Part shown: positions 21,335-33,600 of the stretch, piece by piece | How the letters are laid out: each line of letters opens with the position of its first letter | Numbering within the stretch: position 1 is the first letter of the stretch | Source: a virus | Virus record (IMG/VR): IMGVR_UViG_3300029970_000012 | Span: 1 to 37,594 of that record | Reading direction: 5' to 3' (one strand) | Length of the DNA: 37,594 nucleotides | Program-made: the position numbers and the translations under genes | Notes under the pieces: model-generated | What the model saw: only the letters and a program-made list of their open reading frames with translations | Told to the model about the DNA's origin: nothing | The model's database searches: none

Positions 21335-22997
21335 TACTAAAAAGTATATAGAAGAATATCTTAAAATAAGAGATAAAAATTCTAAAATAATACCTTTCAA
21401 GTTAAATACACCACAAATGAAGTTATACAATAAAATAAAAGAATTAAAAGAACAGCACAAACCAATTAGAATTATAATTTTAAAAGCAAGACAAATGGGT
21501 TTTAGCACATTAACAGAAGCAATACTATTTAAAGAAGTTGCAACAAGACATAATGTAACGGCAGGAATAATAACACATGAATCAAAAGCAACAAATAATT
21601 TATTTACAATGAGTAAATTATACTATGATAATTTACCAGAACCCATGAAACCAAAAACAGTTGCAAGAAATGCACAAGAACTGATATTTAATACTAAAGA
21701 AAATACTGGATTAAATTCGAAAATTAGTTGTATGACAGCAGGCGATGGAGCAGGACGTTCTGGTACATATAATTTCTTACATTTATCAGAACTTGCATTT
21801 TGGTCAGGAGATAAAAAAGAAGCATATATTTCACTAATGCAAACAGTACCAAACAATGAAAATAGTATGGTAATAATAGAAAGCACAGCAAATGGATATG
21901 AATTTTATAAAGAATTATGGGATAAAGCAGTTTCAAATGAATCTGATTTTATTCCTTTTTTTGTGGGCTGGAATGAATTGCAGGAATATCAAATGCCATA
22001 TACGGGCTTTGAACTAACAGACGAAGAAAAAAGATTACAGGAAATATATGGAGTAACTCTTGAACAACTAGAATGGCGTAGATGGTGTATAAGAAACAAT
22101 TGTGGTGGAGATATAGAAGTATTTCATCAAGAATATCCTATAAGCCCAGAAGAAGCATTTTTAAATACTGGAAGTTGTGTGTTCGATACACAGATTATTC
22201 ACAATAGAATACAAGAGTTAAAAAGACCTTTAAGGACAGGATATTTTACTTACGATTATGATGACACACTACCTGCTTTTGGTTCTAGAAATCCAATAAC
22301 AGGACAATTATATATAAAAAACAAAATAAGTAATATTAAATGGGTAGAAGATAAAAAAGGATATATAAAGATATATGAAGTTCCAAATAGTCCAGAAATA
22401 GTAAATTATGCAATAGGTGGGGATACGGCAGGAAATGGAACAGATTATTTTACAGCACATGTCATAAACAGTAAAACATTCAAGCAATGTGCAGTGTTCA
22501 AAAAACAACTTGATCCAGATTTATATATCAAACAGATGTATTGCTTAGGAATGTACTATAATAAAGCATTAATTGGAATTGAAAACAACTTTGATAAATA
22601 TCCGATTAGAGAGTTAAATAGGTTAGGTTATCCAAATCAATATGTTAGAGAAAATGAAGAGAAAATAAGTCATAACACAATGAAGGAGTTTGGATTTAGA
22701 ACAGATGCAAAAACAAGACCTTCAATAATTTCAAACTTAATACAATTCGTAAGGGATAATTCAGAACTTATAAACGACTTAGATACTCTAAAAGAAATGC
22801 TACAGTTTATATATAATGAAAATGGAAGACCAGAAGCACAAGAAGGAGCACACGATGATTTAGTCATGGCACTAGCAATTGCACTAAGAATAGTTGAACA
22901 AGTTACATATCATAAAGACACAATTAATGTAATTGAAAGAGACTTTTTTGGACACTATGAAAGAAGCGAAGAAGGAGAGAGAATAACGGTAATATGA
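21324..22997 (+). CDS. terL: Terminase large subunit
   Basis: 557 aa. ATPase ...ILKARQMGFST.... Nuclease ...GGDTAGNGTDYF... and ...HDDLVMALAIA.... Confidence 0.9.
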   Translation: MSINTKKYIEEYLKIRDKNSKIIPFKLNTPQMKLYNKIKELKEQHKPIRIIILKARQMGFSTLTEAILFKEVATRHNVTAGIITHESKATNNLFTMSKLYYDNLPEPMKPKTVARNAQELIFNTKENTGLNSKISCMTAGDGAGRSGTYNFLHLSELAFWSGDKKEAYISLMQTVPNNENSMVIIESTANGYEFYKELWDKAVSNESDFIPFFVGWNELQEYQMPYTGFELTDEEKRLQEIYGVTLEQLEWRRWCIRNNCGGDIEVFHQEYPISPEEAFLNTGSCVFDTQIIHNRIQELKRPLRTGYFTYDYDDTLPAFGSRNPITGQLYIKNKISNIKWVEDKKGYIKIYEVPNSPEIVNYAIGGDTAGNGTDYFTAHVINSKTFKQCAVFKKQLDPDLYIKQMYCLGMYYNKALIGIENNFDKYPIRELNRLGYPNQYVRENEEKISHNTMKEFGFRTDAKTRPSIISNLIQFVRDNSELINDLDTLKEMLQFIYNENGRPEAQEGAHDDLVMALAIALRIVEQVTYHKDTINVIERDFFGHYERSEEGERITVI

Positions 22998-23257
22998 GTG
23001 ATTTCGTAAAAATATTAATATTAATGACTATAAACCAAATTGAGATGATACTAGTTTTGTTAGTATCATTTTTTGTTAGTTTGAAATTAAAAAATAATGA
23101 AAGAATTGAAAATCCGGTAACAGCAGTAAAAAACATTATAAACAAACAAAAAGAAATAGAACAAGAAAAAAAAGAAGCTAAAAATCTAAATATAATGCTA
23201 AACAATATTGATAAATACGATGGTACAACTAAGGGGCAACAAGATTTAATAAAATAA
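22994..23257 (+). CDS. Hypothetical small membrane protein (87 aa)
   Basis: ATGA overlap with terL; TM segment ILVLLVSFFVSL. Confidence 0.5.
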   Translation: MSDFVKILILMTINQIEMILVLLVSFFVSLKLKNNERIENPVTAVKNIINKQKEIEQEKKEAKNLNIMLNNIDKYDGTTKGQQDLIK

Positions 23258-23273
23258 ATGAGGAGAAAGACGA

Positions 23274-25040
23274 ATGAACGATATTAAAGAGGTTAAAAAA
23301 ACAGATGAATGGGATTTATATCAAAGAGCAGTCGACTATATGAGTTTATTTAATATATTCGAAGATACAGATAAAAACTATAGATTTTACAATGGCGACC
23401 AGTGGCAAGGTTTAAAAATTGAAGGAGTTGAACCGGTACAAATAAACTTTATACAAACAATAGTAGATTACAAAATATCTGTTATTAATCAAAATTTATG
23501 GGGAATCGTATATTCAAGTGAAAATTTTGAAAACAAAGAATTTAAACCTATAGCAGATGAACTTTGCAAACTGCTGAATTTAAGAGCTAATAAAATTTGG
23601 GAAAGAACAAAGATGGATTCTATGGTAAGAAATGTATCACTTGACAGTTGTATAAATGACGAAGGCATTACTTATAGCTATTACGATACATTAACAAAAC
23701 AAATAAAAAATGAATTGTTAAATAAAGTAGATATTTATTATGGAAACGAAAATTCATCAGATATACAAGAACAACCATATATCATAATTAGGCGAAGAAT
23801 GCCGGTGATAAACGTAAGAGAATATGCAAGGCAACTTAAAGTATCAGATGAAAAAATAAATTTAATTTACGGAGACAATGATAACATTCATAATGCTGGA
23901 GATAATTCAGAATATGAAAAAGAAGAGACTTGCACTGTATTAACCAAGATGTGGAAAGAAGATGGAAAAGTTTATTATTCAGAGGCGACACAATTGGTTC
24001 AGATAAGAAAAGAAACCAAAACCGGACTTACAAGGTATCCAGTAGCTCACATGCCGTGGTCTGATAAAAAAGGTTTTTCACGAGGTGAAGGAGTTGTAAG
24101 AAACTTAATACCAAACCAAATTGAAACAAACAAGATATTAATGAGAAGAGCAGTAGTAACAAAAAACACTGCTTTTCCTCAAAGAGTGATAAACGTAGAC
24201 CAAGTATTAAATCCTAACTCAGCAAATGTAGTAGGAGCAACAATTCAGGTGAAAGGAGTCACAGAAGATGTAAACAAAGCATTTACTACTACTTCGCCGG
24301 CGCAAATGTCATCAGATGTTCAACTATTACAAAACGATTTAATTGAATTAACAAGAAACATGCAAAATGCCGGTGACATTTCAACAGGTTCAGTTAATCC
24401 GGAAGATGCGTCTGGCAAAGCAATTTTAGCAGTACAGAACGCATCGCAACAAACATTAAACAATCAAGTACAAGCATTAAAAGATTTTATAGAGCAAGTA
24501 GCGTTAAATTGGTTAGATTTAATTGTAACATATAGTGAAGATTTAATCCTACAGCAAGAGCAAGAGGACCCAACAACAGGAGAAAAGACATATATAAATG
24601 TAAAAATTCCTAATAGTGCACTAAGGAATTTAAAAGCAAGTGTAAAAATAGAAGTGACACCGATGTCAAGCTACGATCAATATGCTCAAGAATTATCACT
24701 TGAAAATTTATTACAGCAAGGTTGGTTCGCACCTGACAGAATAGACCAATTAGAAGTATACGTCAATGCTTTACCAGACAAAAGTACAATGCCAAAACAA
24801 AGATTGTTAGAGATAATTAAGAAAGTGAAAAATAAGCAATTATATATACAGCAATTACAAGCACAAACACAATTAGTTAATCAACAAGTAAATCAGTATA
24901 TCAATAATCAATCACAAGAATTAGATGATCAAATTGCAAACGGTGGATGGACATCTGAAGAAGAAAAATTACAAGATGCAGACAAACAAGCATATTTAGA
25001 TGCATTAGCAGAAATGCAAAAAGAAGGTGCTCAAAGATAA
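23274..25040 (+). CDS. Portal protein
   Basis: 588 aa, located directly after terminase, with a YRFYNGDQW motif near the N-terminus and a Q-rich C-terminal tail. Confidence 0.8.
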   Translation: MNDIKEVKKTDEWDLYQRAVDYMSLFNIFEDTDKNYRFYNGDQWQGLKIEGVEPVQINFIQTIVDYKISVINQNLWGIVYSSENFENKEFKPIADELCKLLNLRANKIWERTKMDSMVRNVSLDSCINDEGITYSYYDTLTKQIKNELLNKVDIYYGNENSSDIQEQPYIIIRRRMPVINVREYARQLKVSDEKINLIYGDNDNIHNAGDNSEYEKEETCTVLTKMWKEDGKVYYSEATQLVQIRKETKTGLTRYPVAHMPWSDKKGFSRGEGVVRNLIPNQIETNKILMRRAVVTKNTAFPQRVINVDQVLNPNSANVVGATIQVKGVTEDVNKAFTTTSPAQMSSDVQLLQNDLIELTRNMQNAGDISTGSVNPEDASGKAILAVQNASQQTLNNQVQALKDFIEQVALNWLDLIVTYSEDLILQQEQEDPTTGEKTYINVKIPNSALRNLKASVKIEVTPMSSYDQYAQELSLENLLQQGWFAPDRIDQLEVYVNALPDKSTMPKQRLLEIIKKVKNKQLYIQQLQAQTQLVNQQVNQYINNQSQELDDQIANGGWTSEEEKLQDADKQAYLDALAEMQKEGAQR

Positions 25041-25132
25041 GAGCATCTTTTTTTTACGTACGTCCGAAACAAGTGATGACATTAAAAGCAACTCAGGTTA
25101 CAGTCGACGGACTTTAAACGGGAGGAATAAAA

Positions 25133-25900
25133 ATGGAAAATGAAAATGGTGTAGTAGAAACAACTACTAATGAAAATGTTGATACTCAAGCAACAGAACA
25201 AAATGAGGTAGTAAATGATAAAAATTCATTTACAGAGGAACAAAAAGCTCAAATGACAAAAATAATTCAAGACAGAGTCGGTAGAGCGAAAAAAGCTGAA
25301 GAAAGAAAATATTCAGAGTTAGTCAATGTATTAAGTGCTGGCCTAGGAACAAATAACCTTGACGAACTAACACAAAAAGCAAAAGCTTTTTATCGAGAAC
25401 AAGGAGTGGAAATTCCAGTCAAACCTTCTTACAGTGAAGATGATGAAAGAATATTAGCAAATGCTGAGGCTAACAACATCATTGATTTAGGGTATGACGA
25501 GATAGTTAATGAAACAAATGAAATGATGAATCGAGGAGTTGCAGATTTATCACCTAGAGAAAAACTAGTATATAAGACATTAGCTGATAAAAGAAAAGAA
25601 ATTGAAAATGTAAAAGAATTAGAGTCAATAGGAGTAAAACGCGAAACGATTGAGAGTAACGATTTTAAAAACTTTACTCAAAAATTTAATTCAGATACAT
25701 CTTTAACAGATATATATGAGATTTATAGCAAATTGCAACCAAAAGAGGATGTGCAACCGATGGGAAGCATGAAATCATTATCAAAAGATGATGAAATAAA
25801 AGAATATTATAGCCCCGAAGAGTTTGACAAACTTACTAAAGAACAATTAAACAATCCAAAAATTTGGAATGCTGTGATGCAGTCAAGACTTAAATGGTAG
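25133..25900 (+). CDS. Scaffolding protein
   Basis: 255 aa, acidic and helical, between portal and capsid. Confidence 0.65.
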   Translation: MENENGVVETTTNENVDTQATEQNEVVNDKNSFTEEQKAQMTKIIQDRVGRAKKAEERKYSELVNVLSAGLGTNNLDELTQKAKAFYREQGVEIPVKPSYSEDDERILANAEANNIIDLGYDEIVNETNEMMNRGVADLSPREKLVYKTLADKRKEIENVKELESIGVKRETIESNDFKNFTQKFNSDTSLTDIYEIYSKLQPKEDVQPMGSMKSLSKDDEIKEYYSPEEFDKLTKEQLNNPKIWNAVMQSRLKW

Positions 25901-25921
25901 GGCAGAAAGAGGTAAAAAAAT

Positions 25922-26800
25922 ATGAGTTCAGAAGTATTTAAACAAAAATTATGGTCTAAACAAATTCAAAATGAATTAGATGTTCTAACAGGATTAAGAA
26001 CACATAGTGATTATTCTTATGATGGAGAAATAAAGAATGGGAATGTATTACATATCACAGGTTCAGTAAAACCAACTGTAGGTGATTATGTACCTGGTAC
26101 AGACATTACATTTGAAAAAGTAAGCGGTACAGAGATGACATTGGTAATTGATAAGGCAAAATATGCAACACAATTATTTGATGATGTAGATAAAGCACAA
26201 TCAATCCCAGGTGTTATGGAAAACGCTACTAGAGAAATGGCAAAAGAGTTACACAACAAAGGCGATGAAGCAGTTGCTGATGTAATTAAAGATGCAACAG
26301 AAAATGGTGTTAAATATAAAGGCAAGGACGATAAAGAAGCAACTGAAACTATAAAACAAGAAGCTTCAGCAACAGCAGTAACTAAAACAAATGCAAGAGA
26401 CAGAGTAGAAGAAGGATTAACAGCATTATATGAAAATAATGTAAACCCTAACTCTGATTTATGGGGAGAATTTACACCTAAATATTTCTCTGCGTTAAGA
26501 AGAGAGCTAACAGAAACATTAACAAACAATGTTGAATTAGCTAAAACTGGTGCAGTTGGAAAATATAACAATGTAAAGGTATGCGTAGAAAATTTACTAC
26601 CAACTTCAACAGATTCTACAGCTAGATACAATGTAATTAGAACAGGGAAAGCTGTTGCATTCGCCGGTCAAATAGATAAAGTAGAGGCTGGAAGAGTAGA
26701 AAAACAATTCGCTGACTATGTAAAAGCATTATTTGTATTTGGAACAAGAGTTGTAAGACCAAAAGAAATGTACATAATTAAAGAAAAAATTAAAGAATAG
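25922..26800 (+). CDS. Major capsid protein
   Basis: 292 aa, follows the scaffold, followed by a very strong terminator. P22-coat-like N-terminal pattern (tentative). Confidence 0.75.
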   Translation: MSSEVFKQKLWSKQIQNELDVLTGLRTHSDYSYDGEIKNGNVLHITGSVKPTVGDYVPGTDITFEKVSGTEMTLVIDKAKYATQLFDDVDKAQSIPGVMENATREMAKELHNKGDEAVADVIKDATENGVKYKGKDDKEATETIKQEASATAVTKTNARDRVEEGLTALYENNVNPNSDLWGEFTPKYFSALRRELTETLTNNVELAKTGAVGKYNNVKVCVENLLPTSTDSTARYNVIRTGKAVAFAGQIDKVEAGRVEKQFADYVKALFVFGTRVVRPKEMYIIKEKIKE

Positions 26801-26826
26801 ACATAACAAAATTCAAATGGTTAAGT

Positions 26827-26853
26827 CAAGGGGGGAAACCCCCTTGGCTTTTT
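26827..26853 (+). terminator. Strong Rho-independent terminator after the capsid gene
   Basis: caaggggg-GAAA-cccccttg (8-bp GC stem, GNRA loop) followed by gcttttt. Confidence 0.9.
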
Positions 26854-26908
26854 ATAAATTGACACTAGAATATTAAATATTTTAGTTTGAGTTTATAAGG
26901 AGGAAAAT

Positions 26909-27256
26909 ATGAGAAAAGAACAGGAAAAGATAGAAAGATTTTTAATAGAACCACAATACACACCGCTTTTTGGCATAACAGTAACAGAAGGTACTGTTAT
27001 TGATGACTACACAGACGATAAGAAAGTGCATCAAACAATCAAAGATTTAGTTCTAACAACACATATAAAAGACAAAAGAGTAAGTGAAAGTTACGAAATG
27101 GAAGAAGATTCTACTTTAATAATGAAGTTAAGACCAGGAACTAGACTTTTGTGGACACAAACAGAAGGGTATATTTTACCACAGCAAAAATTAGTAACGA
27201 GAGAAGAAATAAGAGAAAACTTAAATTATTTGGACGGAATCGAGGGATTAAGATAA
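26909..27256 (+). CDS. Head-tail connector/adaptor candidate (115 aa)
   Basis: AAGGAGG RBS; position after the capsid gene. Confidence 0.45.
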   Translation: MRKEQEKIERFLIEPQYTPLFGITVTEGTVIDDYTDDKKVHQTIKDLVLTTHIKDKRVSESYEMEEDSTLIMKLRPGTRLLWTQTEGYILPQQKLVTREEIRENLNYLDGIEGLR

Positions 27257-27798
27257 TGACCTTAGGAGAATTAAGAAAAAAAGTATATGAAGTAATTGAA
27301 GAATTAAATCCGGATTTAACTTCATACACTGACGATAGTGATTATGAAGCTAAGTTTAATACTTGTGCAAATACAGTGCAAAATGAACTTGCTAAAATAA
27401 CTGACAAAGTAGTCAAAGAAACAATAGAAGTTGAGAAAGGGCAAGAAATTGTCTTAAGTGAAGATTTAGAACGATTTAGACTTTTAAAGAAGATAACTGG
27501 TGTAGATTACGATATAGAAGATGAATATGTAACGTTTAATGAAAAAGGAACAGCAATTATATATTACTATCAAAACAAAAAGCAAATCAAAGAAGATTCA
27601 GATGACAATTTTAAAATAGATTTTGATAATCAAACATTAGATTGCATGATATATGGAATTGCTTCTGATATATTGAGAAATGATGTTTCAAGTAATTATG
27701 GAGCATATTTTACGTCTAGATATAATGAATTAAAAGAACAACTTGATCCACGTAGCTCACAAGGAATGTTTAAATTTGTAGGAGGAGTCAATGTCTAG
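27256..27798 (+). CDS. Virion structural protein (180 aa)
   Basis: TAATG overlap start (MTLGELRK...), preferred over the in-frame upstream ATG at 27151, which lies inside the previous gene. Confidence 0.5.
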   Translation: MTLGELRKKVYEVIEELNPDLTSYTDDSDYEAKFNTCANTVQNELAKITDKVVKETIEVEKGQEIVLSEDLERFRLLKKITGVDYDIEDEYVTFNEKGTAIIYYYQNKKQIKEDSDDNFKIDFDNQTLDCMIYGIASDILRNDVSSNYGAYFTSRYNELKEQLDPRSSQGMFKFVGGVNV

Positions 27799-29488
27799 TG
27801 GTGATTTAATAACAAGGATGTATTCTGACTTTTTGGGAGTAGATTTTTCAAATAATCACGTTTCAGCATATAGAAGCCCAGATGCAGTAAACATTTGGAA
27901 AAATTATAAAGAATTAGGAAAATGTATATCAAGTAGACCAGGATTAAAACTATTTAAACAATTAAATGGAAAAATCTATGGTCTATTTTTATATAAAGTT
28001 GCAACAGTTCAACATATGATAATTCATTGTGATACTTCATTATACGATTACAATATGCAAACAGATGATTTAAGAGTAATTAAAAATAATGGAATGAATC
28101 CATTTAAAAGTCAGTCATTTATTTATGCATCTATTTTGTATATAAAAGATGGATTACGTTATTATAAATATGACGGTTCACAAGTACAAGAAGTGGTGGG
28201 ATATATACCAACAACAAGTATATCAAGAACACCAGATGGTGGTGGTAAAGATTATAACGAAGTAAATATGCTAACTCCATATAGAAGAAACTCATTTGTA
28301 GGAGATGGAAGTTCAAAAGATTATTACTTGAATGTTGAAAGTTTTGATGCCGGAACTGTATCAGTAACAGTAAATGGTGCAAATGTAAGTGGTTTCACAG
28401 AACACCCCGCACTTGGATATATTACATTTAATGAAGCTCCATCAATTCCAGATACAGATGGAGAAGATAATGTAGTTATAACTTTTGCAAGAACTGTAGA
28501 AGGATATAGAGATAGAATAGACAAATGTACTCTATTAGAAGTATTTGATAATAGAGTTTTTTTTAGTGGAAATCCAGATTATCCAAATACTGTATGGTAT
28601 TCAAGTTTGAATAATCCAGCATATTGTAGCGATTTAGATTATTCGGAGGAAGGACTAGATGCAGTACCAATTACTGCTTTAGTATCAGGAGCAGGAAAAC
28701 TATGGGTGTTTAAAGAGCCTAGCCAATCTAATCAATCTGTATTTTATCATGTGCCATCAATCGACAGTGTTGCAGGGAAAGTTTATCCAAGTTCGCATTC
28801 AAATGTTTCAATTGGTTGTGTATCAACAGGAGTAAATTTTAATGATGATATTTGTATATTTAGCGATTATGGACTTGAAGGAATAACAGGTAACATAGAT
28901 AGTGAACAAGTATTAAGTCATAGGTCTAGTATGATAGATTCTAAGATTTTAAATGAAACTAATTATAAGAACCCAATACTTGCAGAATGGCAAGGATATT
29001 TACTTGTATTTATAGATAATCATGTATATTTAGCAGATTCAAGACAAGTATGGAACAATATAAATCATATAGAATATGAGTGGTATTATTGGGAACTTGA
29101 AAAGAATGTAACAGCAACATCAGTATTAGGGGATGAACTATATATTTGCACGGAAGATGGTGGAATATATACTTTTGACTTTAGTTTAGATGTTAATGCA
29201 TACTGGACAACCTGTGAAGATTATTTTGATAATCCAGTTTCACAAAAAGTGACAAATAAAAAAGGTTGCATTTTAAACTTAGACGGAGAAAACGTAACAA
29301 TATCAACGAATTGCGACAATAAAGGTTGGGACCGAATAAACGAATATGAAAATACTAAAGGATATATAGTCCCAAAAATTAAAAAGAAAAAATGGAAAAC
29401 AATTAGATTTAAATTTGAATCTAATAAAAAAATTAAAATATACAATTTTACTGTTCAATGTTTTGTTGGTGGATATGTAAAAAGATAG
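27791..29488 (+). CDS. Large tail/virion structural protein (565 aa)
   Basis: GGAGGAG RBS; size and position in the tail module. Confidence 0.55.
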   Translation: MSSGDLITRMYSDFLGVDFSNNHVSAYRSPDAVNIWKNYKELGKCISSRPGLKLFKQLNGKIYGLFLYKVATVQHMIIHCDTSLYDYNMQTDDLRVIKNNGMNPFKSQSFIYASILYIKDGLRYYKYDGSQVQEVVGYIPTTSISRTPDGGGKDYNEVNMLTPYRRNSFVGDGSSKDYYLNVESFDAGTVSVTVNGANVSGFTEHPALGYITFNEAPSIPDTDGEDNVVITFARTVEGYRDRIDKCTLLEVFDNRVFFSGNPDYPNTVWYSSLNNPAYCSDLDYSEEGLDAVPITALVSGAGKLWVFKEPSQSNQSVFYHVPSIDSVAGKVYPSSHSNVSIGCVSTGVNFNDDICIFSDYGLEGITGNIDSEQVLSHRSSMIDSKILNETNYKNPILAEWQGYLLVFIDNHVYLADSRQVWNNINHIEYEWYYWELEKNVTATSVLGDELYICTEDGGIYTFDFSLDVNAYWTTCEDYFDNPVSQKVTNKKGCILNLDGENVTISTNCDNKGWDRINEYENTKGYIVPKIKKKKWKTIRFKFESNKKIKIYNFTVQCFVGGYVKR

Positions 29489-29498
29489 GAGGAAGTAG

Positions 29499-30608
29499 AT
29501 GTCAAGTGTTCAATCGAGATATGATGATATGATTGCTCAACAACGAGATATTGTTGATGGGTATGATGGAAAATTAACAGTGGATCCAAACGATTCTAGG
29601 TTAACGTCAGTTGAAGCAGAAAGGCAGAAAGCAATCAGTGAAAACAACAACACATTTAACGATATGATAAATGAGTCAAACAAGTCTTACAATAATATGA
29701 TTGACAGTACTCAAAAATATTACGACAATATAAACTCAACATTACAGCAGTCATATGAAAAGCAAAAAGAAGCGCAAGATGCGCAAACACAAGCAACAGT
29801 AGACCAAATTAATACACAAAAAGAAAGAACAGAAAGAGATTATCAAAAAGAGCAAAGAGGAGCATATACAGATTATCAAAATCAAGTAAATCCATATGGA
29901 GTACAAGCAGAACAAATGGCTTCTAATGGATTAAGTAATTCAGGATATTCAGAAAGCTCTAGAGTGTCAATGTATAATTCATATCAGAACAGAGTTGCAA
30001 CAGCGAGACAGTCACTGCAAGATGCCTTAGTAGACTATAACGCTCAAATTGTTAGTGCTAAAAATGCGAATAATACAGCCTTAGCAGAGCTTTGGAGCAA
30101 TGTTTATTTAAAAATAGCTGAGAATGCCCTTTCTGGTTTTCAATACAAAAATCAGCTAGAACAAAGTAGGCTAAATACAGTGCAAACAATAACACAAAAC
30201 AAAATAAGTAACGAAAACACATTACAATCAAGATATGATACAAGATATCAAAATATGTTAAATCAAATTAATCAAGAGATTTCTAATAAACAAAATCAAT
30301 ATAATACAGCACTTTCTATCTTACAGAGTGATAAGAAAATGCAAGAAGATACAAGACAATTTAACGAAAACATGGCATATCAGAGAGAAAGAGATAGAAT
30401 AAAAGATGCGCAATGGCAAAAAGAATACAACTTGAGCCTACAAAAATATAGAGCTTCATTAAGTAACTCAAAAGCAAGAACAGTTTCAGATACTAAAACA
30501 GTATCAAACAAAGAGACTGAAAATAAAACAAACTCCGATGCACTAACTAGAAGTGCTCAATTAGCAGTTAGAGGGGTTCTTGCTCTAAATGGTTACGGAG
30601 TTAGATAG
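29499..30608 (+). CDS. Q/N-rich coiled-coil virion protein (369 aa)
   Basis: AGGAGGAAG RBS; low-complexity Q/N/S-rich helical sequence. Confidence 0.5.
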   Translation: MSSVQSRYDDMIAQQRDIVDGYDGKLTVDPNDSRLTSVEAERQKAISENNNTFNDMINESNKSYNNMIDSTQKYYDNINSTLQQSYEKQKEAQDAQTQATVDQINTQKERTERDYQKEQRGAYTDYQNQVNPYGVQAEQMASNGLSNSGYSESSRVSMYNSYQNRVATARQSLQDALVDYNAQIVSAKNANNTALAELWSNVYLKIAENALSGFQYKNQLEQSRLNTVQTITQNKISNENTLQSRYDTRYQNMLNQINQEISNKQNQYNTALSILQSDKKMQEDTRQFNENMAYQRERDRIKDAQWQKEYNLSLQKYRASLSNSKARTVSDTKTVSNKETENKTNSDALTRSAQLAVRGVLALNGYGVR

Positions 30609-30616
30609 GAGATAAA

Positions 30617-33600
30617 ATGGCATTATTTAAATTAAGTGAAGTATCCGAAGAAGAAAGAAAAAAATATTTACAAAGTATAGGAATAGATGCAGATAAATTC
30701 CAAAAGGCACAAGAATCAAAAATTACGAGTAATCAAAAATCAGAGAACATATTACCTATAGAAAAAAGTAGTAACACGGCTAAATTACCAATAGAAAAAA
30801 AGAATAATACAGACCTACTTCCAATAAAACAAAAGTCTGAAAATAATACTGTAATTAACAAGAAACTTAGTGAAATGGTACAAGGCCCAAACAAAGAAAT
30901 TAATAATTCTCAAAACAGATTTAATTTTAGACAAGCAAATCAAACAGCAAATAAAAATGAAAATAAACAGTTAAATGCTAAAGTAACAACAGAGAAAGAA
31001 AAAGAACAAATAAAAGAATCTGGTGGACTTGAGTATGATACAAATGCAATTAAAGAGGCTATGGAAATAAATAAGGATAATTCAAAAGGAAATCTTAATT
31101 CTTCAATATCACATGTATTAAGTGGCGTTTTAGAAGGTGCAAAAAGTAATTTTGCAGGTGTAGGACAGTCTGCATTATTTCCTATTGCAAATGCATTAAG
31201 AATGGCAGAAGAAGTTACAGGAAAGAAACAGCAAGCACAAGAAAAAGATAATGAAGAAGATTTATGGTCAAACAAAGTATTAGATATGGCTGATTATTTA
31301 AAAGAAGAAAGCCAACACCATTCTAAAGTAGGTTCAATGTTAGAAAATAATATAACAAGAGATTTAGGAAACGTATCAAATACAATAGGAAATATGGCAA
31401 TGTCTGCAATATCAAATATTGCAATACCTAGTTCTGGAATATTGGAAACAGGAATAAGTGCAGGAGGAAATTCAGCAGGAGAAACTTTAAATGAAGACCG
31501 TAGCAATCTGATACAAGCTATAGCAACTGGCACTGCAAAAGGCGCTGTTGAAGGTTTTACAGAAAAAATAACAGGTGGAAATATACTAGGTAAAGGAAGC
31601 CTAGATGATTTAGCAGAAAATATAATTGGAAATAAGATAAAAAGTAAAGCAGGTAAAAAGCTAGCTTCTAAAATGTATGAATTTGGCGGAGAAATATTAG
31701 AAGAACAAATTTCAAATAATGCAGGATATATAATTGATAAAATAATAAATAATAAAGATTTGCCAGATTTTCAACAATGGTTAAATGAATCTAATGAAAC
31801 AACTAAAAGTACATTCTTAACCACACTCGCATTAAACATGTTAGGAATGGGTGGTTCTACATACAATGACAGTCAAAGTAAATCAAAAGATACGCAAGCT
31901 CAAAAATATTTAAATGAAGCCCAGAAAATAATCGACAATGAAAATATAGCGGAAAATATAAAAAATAATGTAACTAATCAATACAATTATAAAAATACAA
32001 TATTAAACAATCTAAACACCTCAAATTTATCAGATAAAACCAAGACTGAATTGCAACAATATTTAAAAGAAAACCAAATAACAGAAGAACAATATAATCA
32101 AATTAATGAAACGTTGCAACAAGAGAAAATGTCCAAAGAGGAACAAAGTAGTGTAAGTGACAACGAAATGAAATATCAATACATAAAAAGTGATAATGCA
32201 AAAGTTAACCAATTAAGACAAGACGTTGTAAACAATAATTGGGACAACAGTAAAGAAACTAATAACTTTGTAAATTTTTTAGAAAAAATTGTTACTGATA
32301 AAGATGTAGAAATAAGACTTGATACTAATTTAAAAGATAACGAAGGAAATGTAGTAAATGGTTCATATAAAGATGGAGTGATTACTATAAATCCTAATTC
32401 AGATAGGTCAGGTGAATTTTTAGCAGTACATGAGTTAACACATGCTATTGGAACAGATGAAATGCGAAATATGGTTCAAAAATATAGAGAAAGTAATTCA
32501 GAATTTAATAATGCAGTAGAAAAGTTGCTAGGAACATACAAAGTATCAGAACTAAACGATGAAGCACTAGCGGATATTTCAGGACAACTATTTAGCAGTC
32601 AAGAGTTTATAAGCAATGTGTCAAATACTAATCCATCATTCTTTAGAAAAATTTACAATGAAATTAAATATTTGTGGCATCAGTTTAGAGGATATAAAAA
32701 TCAAAACCAATTCGTGGACGATTTATATTACAAATGGACCGAGGCTTACAATAGTAATAATAAATTAAATGATACAACTAATTATCATATTAGTGAAAAT
32801 TTTTCAAATGAAATAGATAAAGCATTAAAAAATGAATTACCATCAAATACGCAAGTTAAAGCAAGAGATTTTACACCTAAAATATTGGTTGATAGTGGGG
32901 TTCAAGATTTACCAATGTTGATCACACAAAAGCACATAAAAAGCACGATATATACACAACAAGAAGCACAGGCGCTAGGACTTCAAACTAAGAATGTGAA
33001 TTATCATGGATTAGGAAAAGAATTGTTAATTAAAGCAATTGATAATCTAGATAGTCCACAAGCTATATACAAAACAAGTGAAAATAATTATTTAGTAGTT
33101 ACAGAATTTAAAGATAATAATGGAAAAGAGATAATAGTTCCAATACAAATAAATGGCAATGGAAGATATAATGATGTATTTATAGACGAGAACCAAATAA
33201 AAAGTGTATATGGAAGAAACAATCTTGATAATTATATAAACAAAAACAATTTTGAACAAATATACAAAAAAAACAAAGAGTTAGATTTCAATGAAGGAAT
33301 ACAATATTCCAACGTTGCTAACTCTTCTATTGAGAATAGTATAGCATCTCAAGATGAAGATGTCAATACTACTACTAAATATTCTAAACAAGAATCTGAG
33401 AATAATTCAGATTCTTTTAATTTACTTAAAAATGAAAAAATAACAAAAACCATAAATGAATTAGAAAATGAATTAAGCAAAACGGAATCATTCTTACAAA
33501 GAGGAAAAATAAAAGAACAAATACGTGCATTAAAAGATGGATTCGACAATGTGCAAGATTATCGAGAAGCAGAAAGCTCAAGGAAAGAACAAGCAATAGA

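Noticed and set aside
25041-25132. GC-rich leader between portal and scaffold (gtccg...cggac inverted repeat) as a riboswitch or ncRNA
   Set aside because: It has only a 5-bp stem after an ordinary portal terminator. That is too little structure to support a call.
27151-27255. Upstream in-frame ATG at 27151 for the 27798-ending gene
   Set aside because: It lies wholly inside the preceding gene and has no RBS. The TAATG-coupled ATG at 27256 gives a sensible N-terminus (MTLGELRK).
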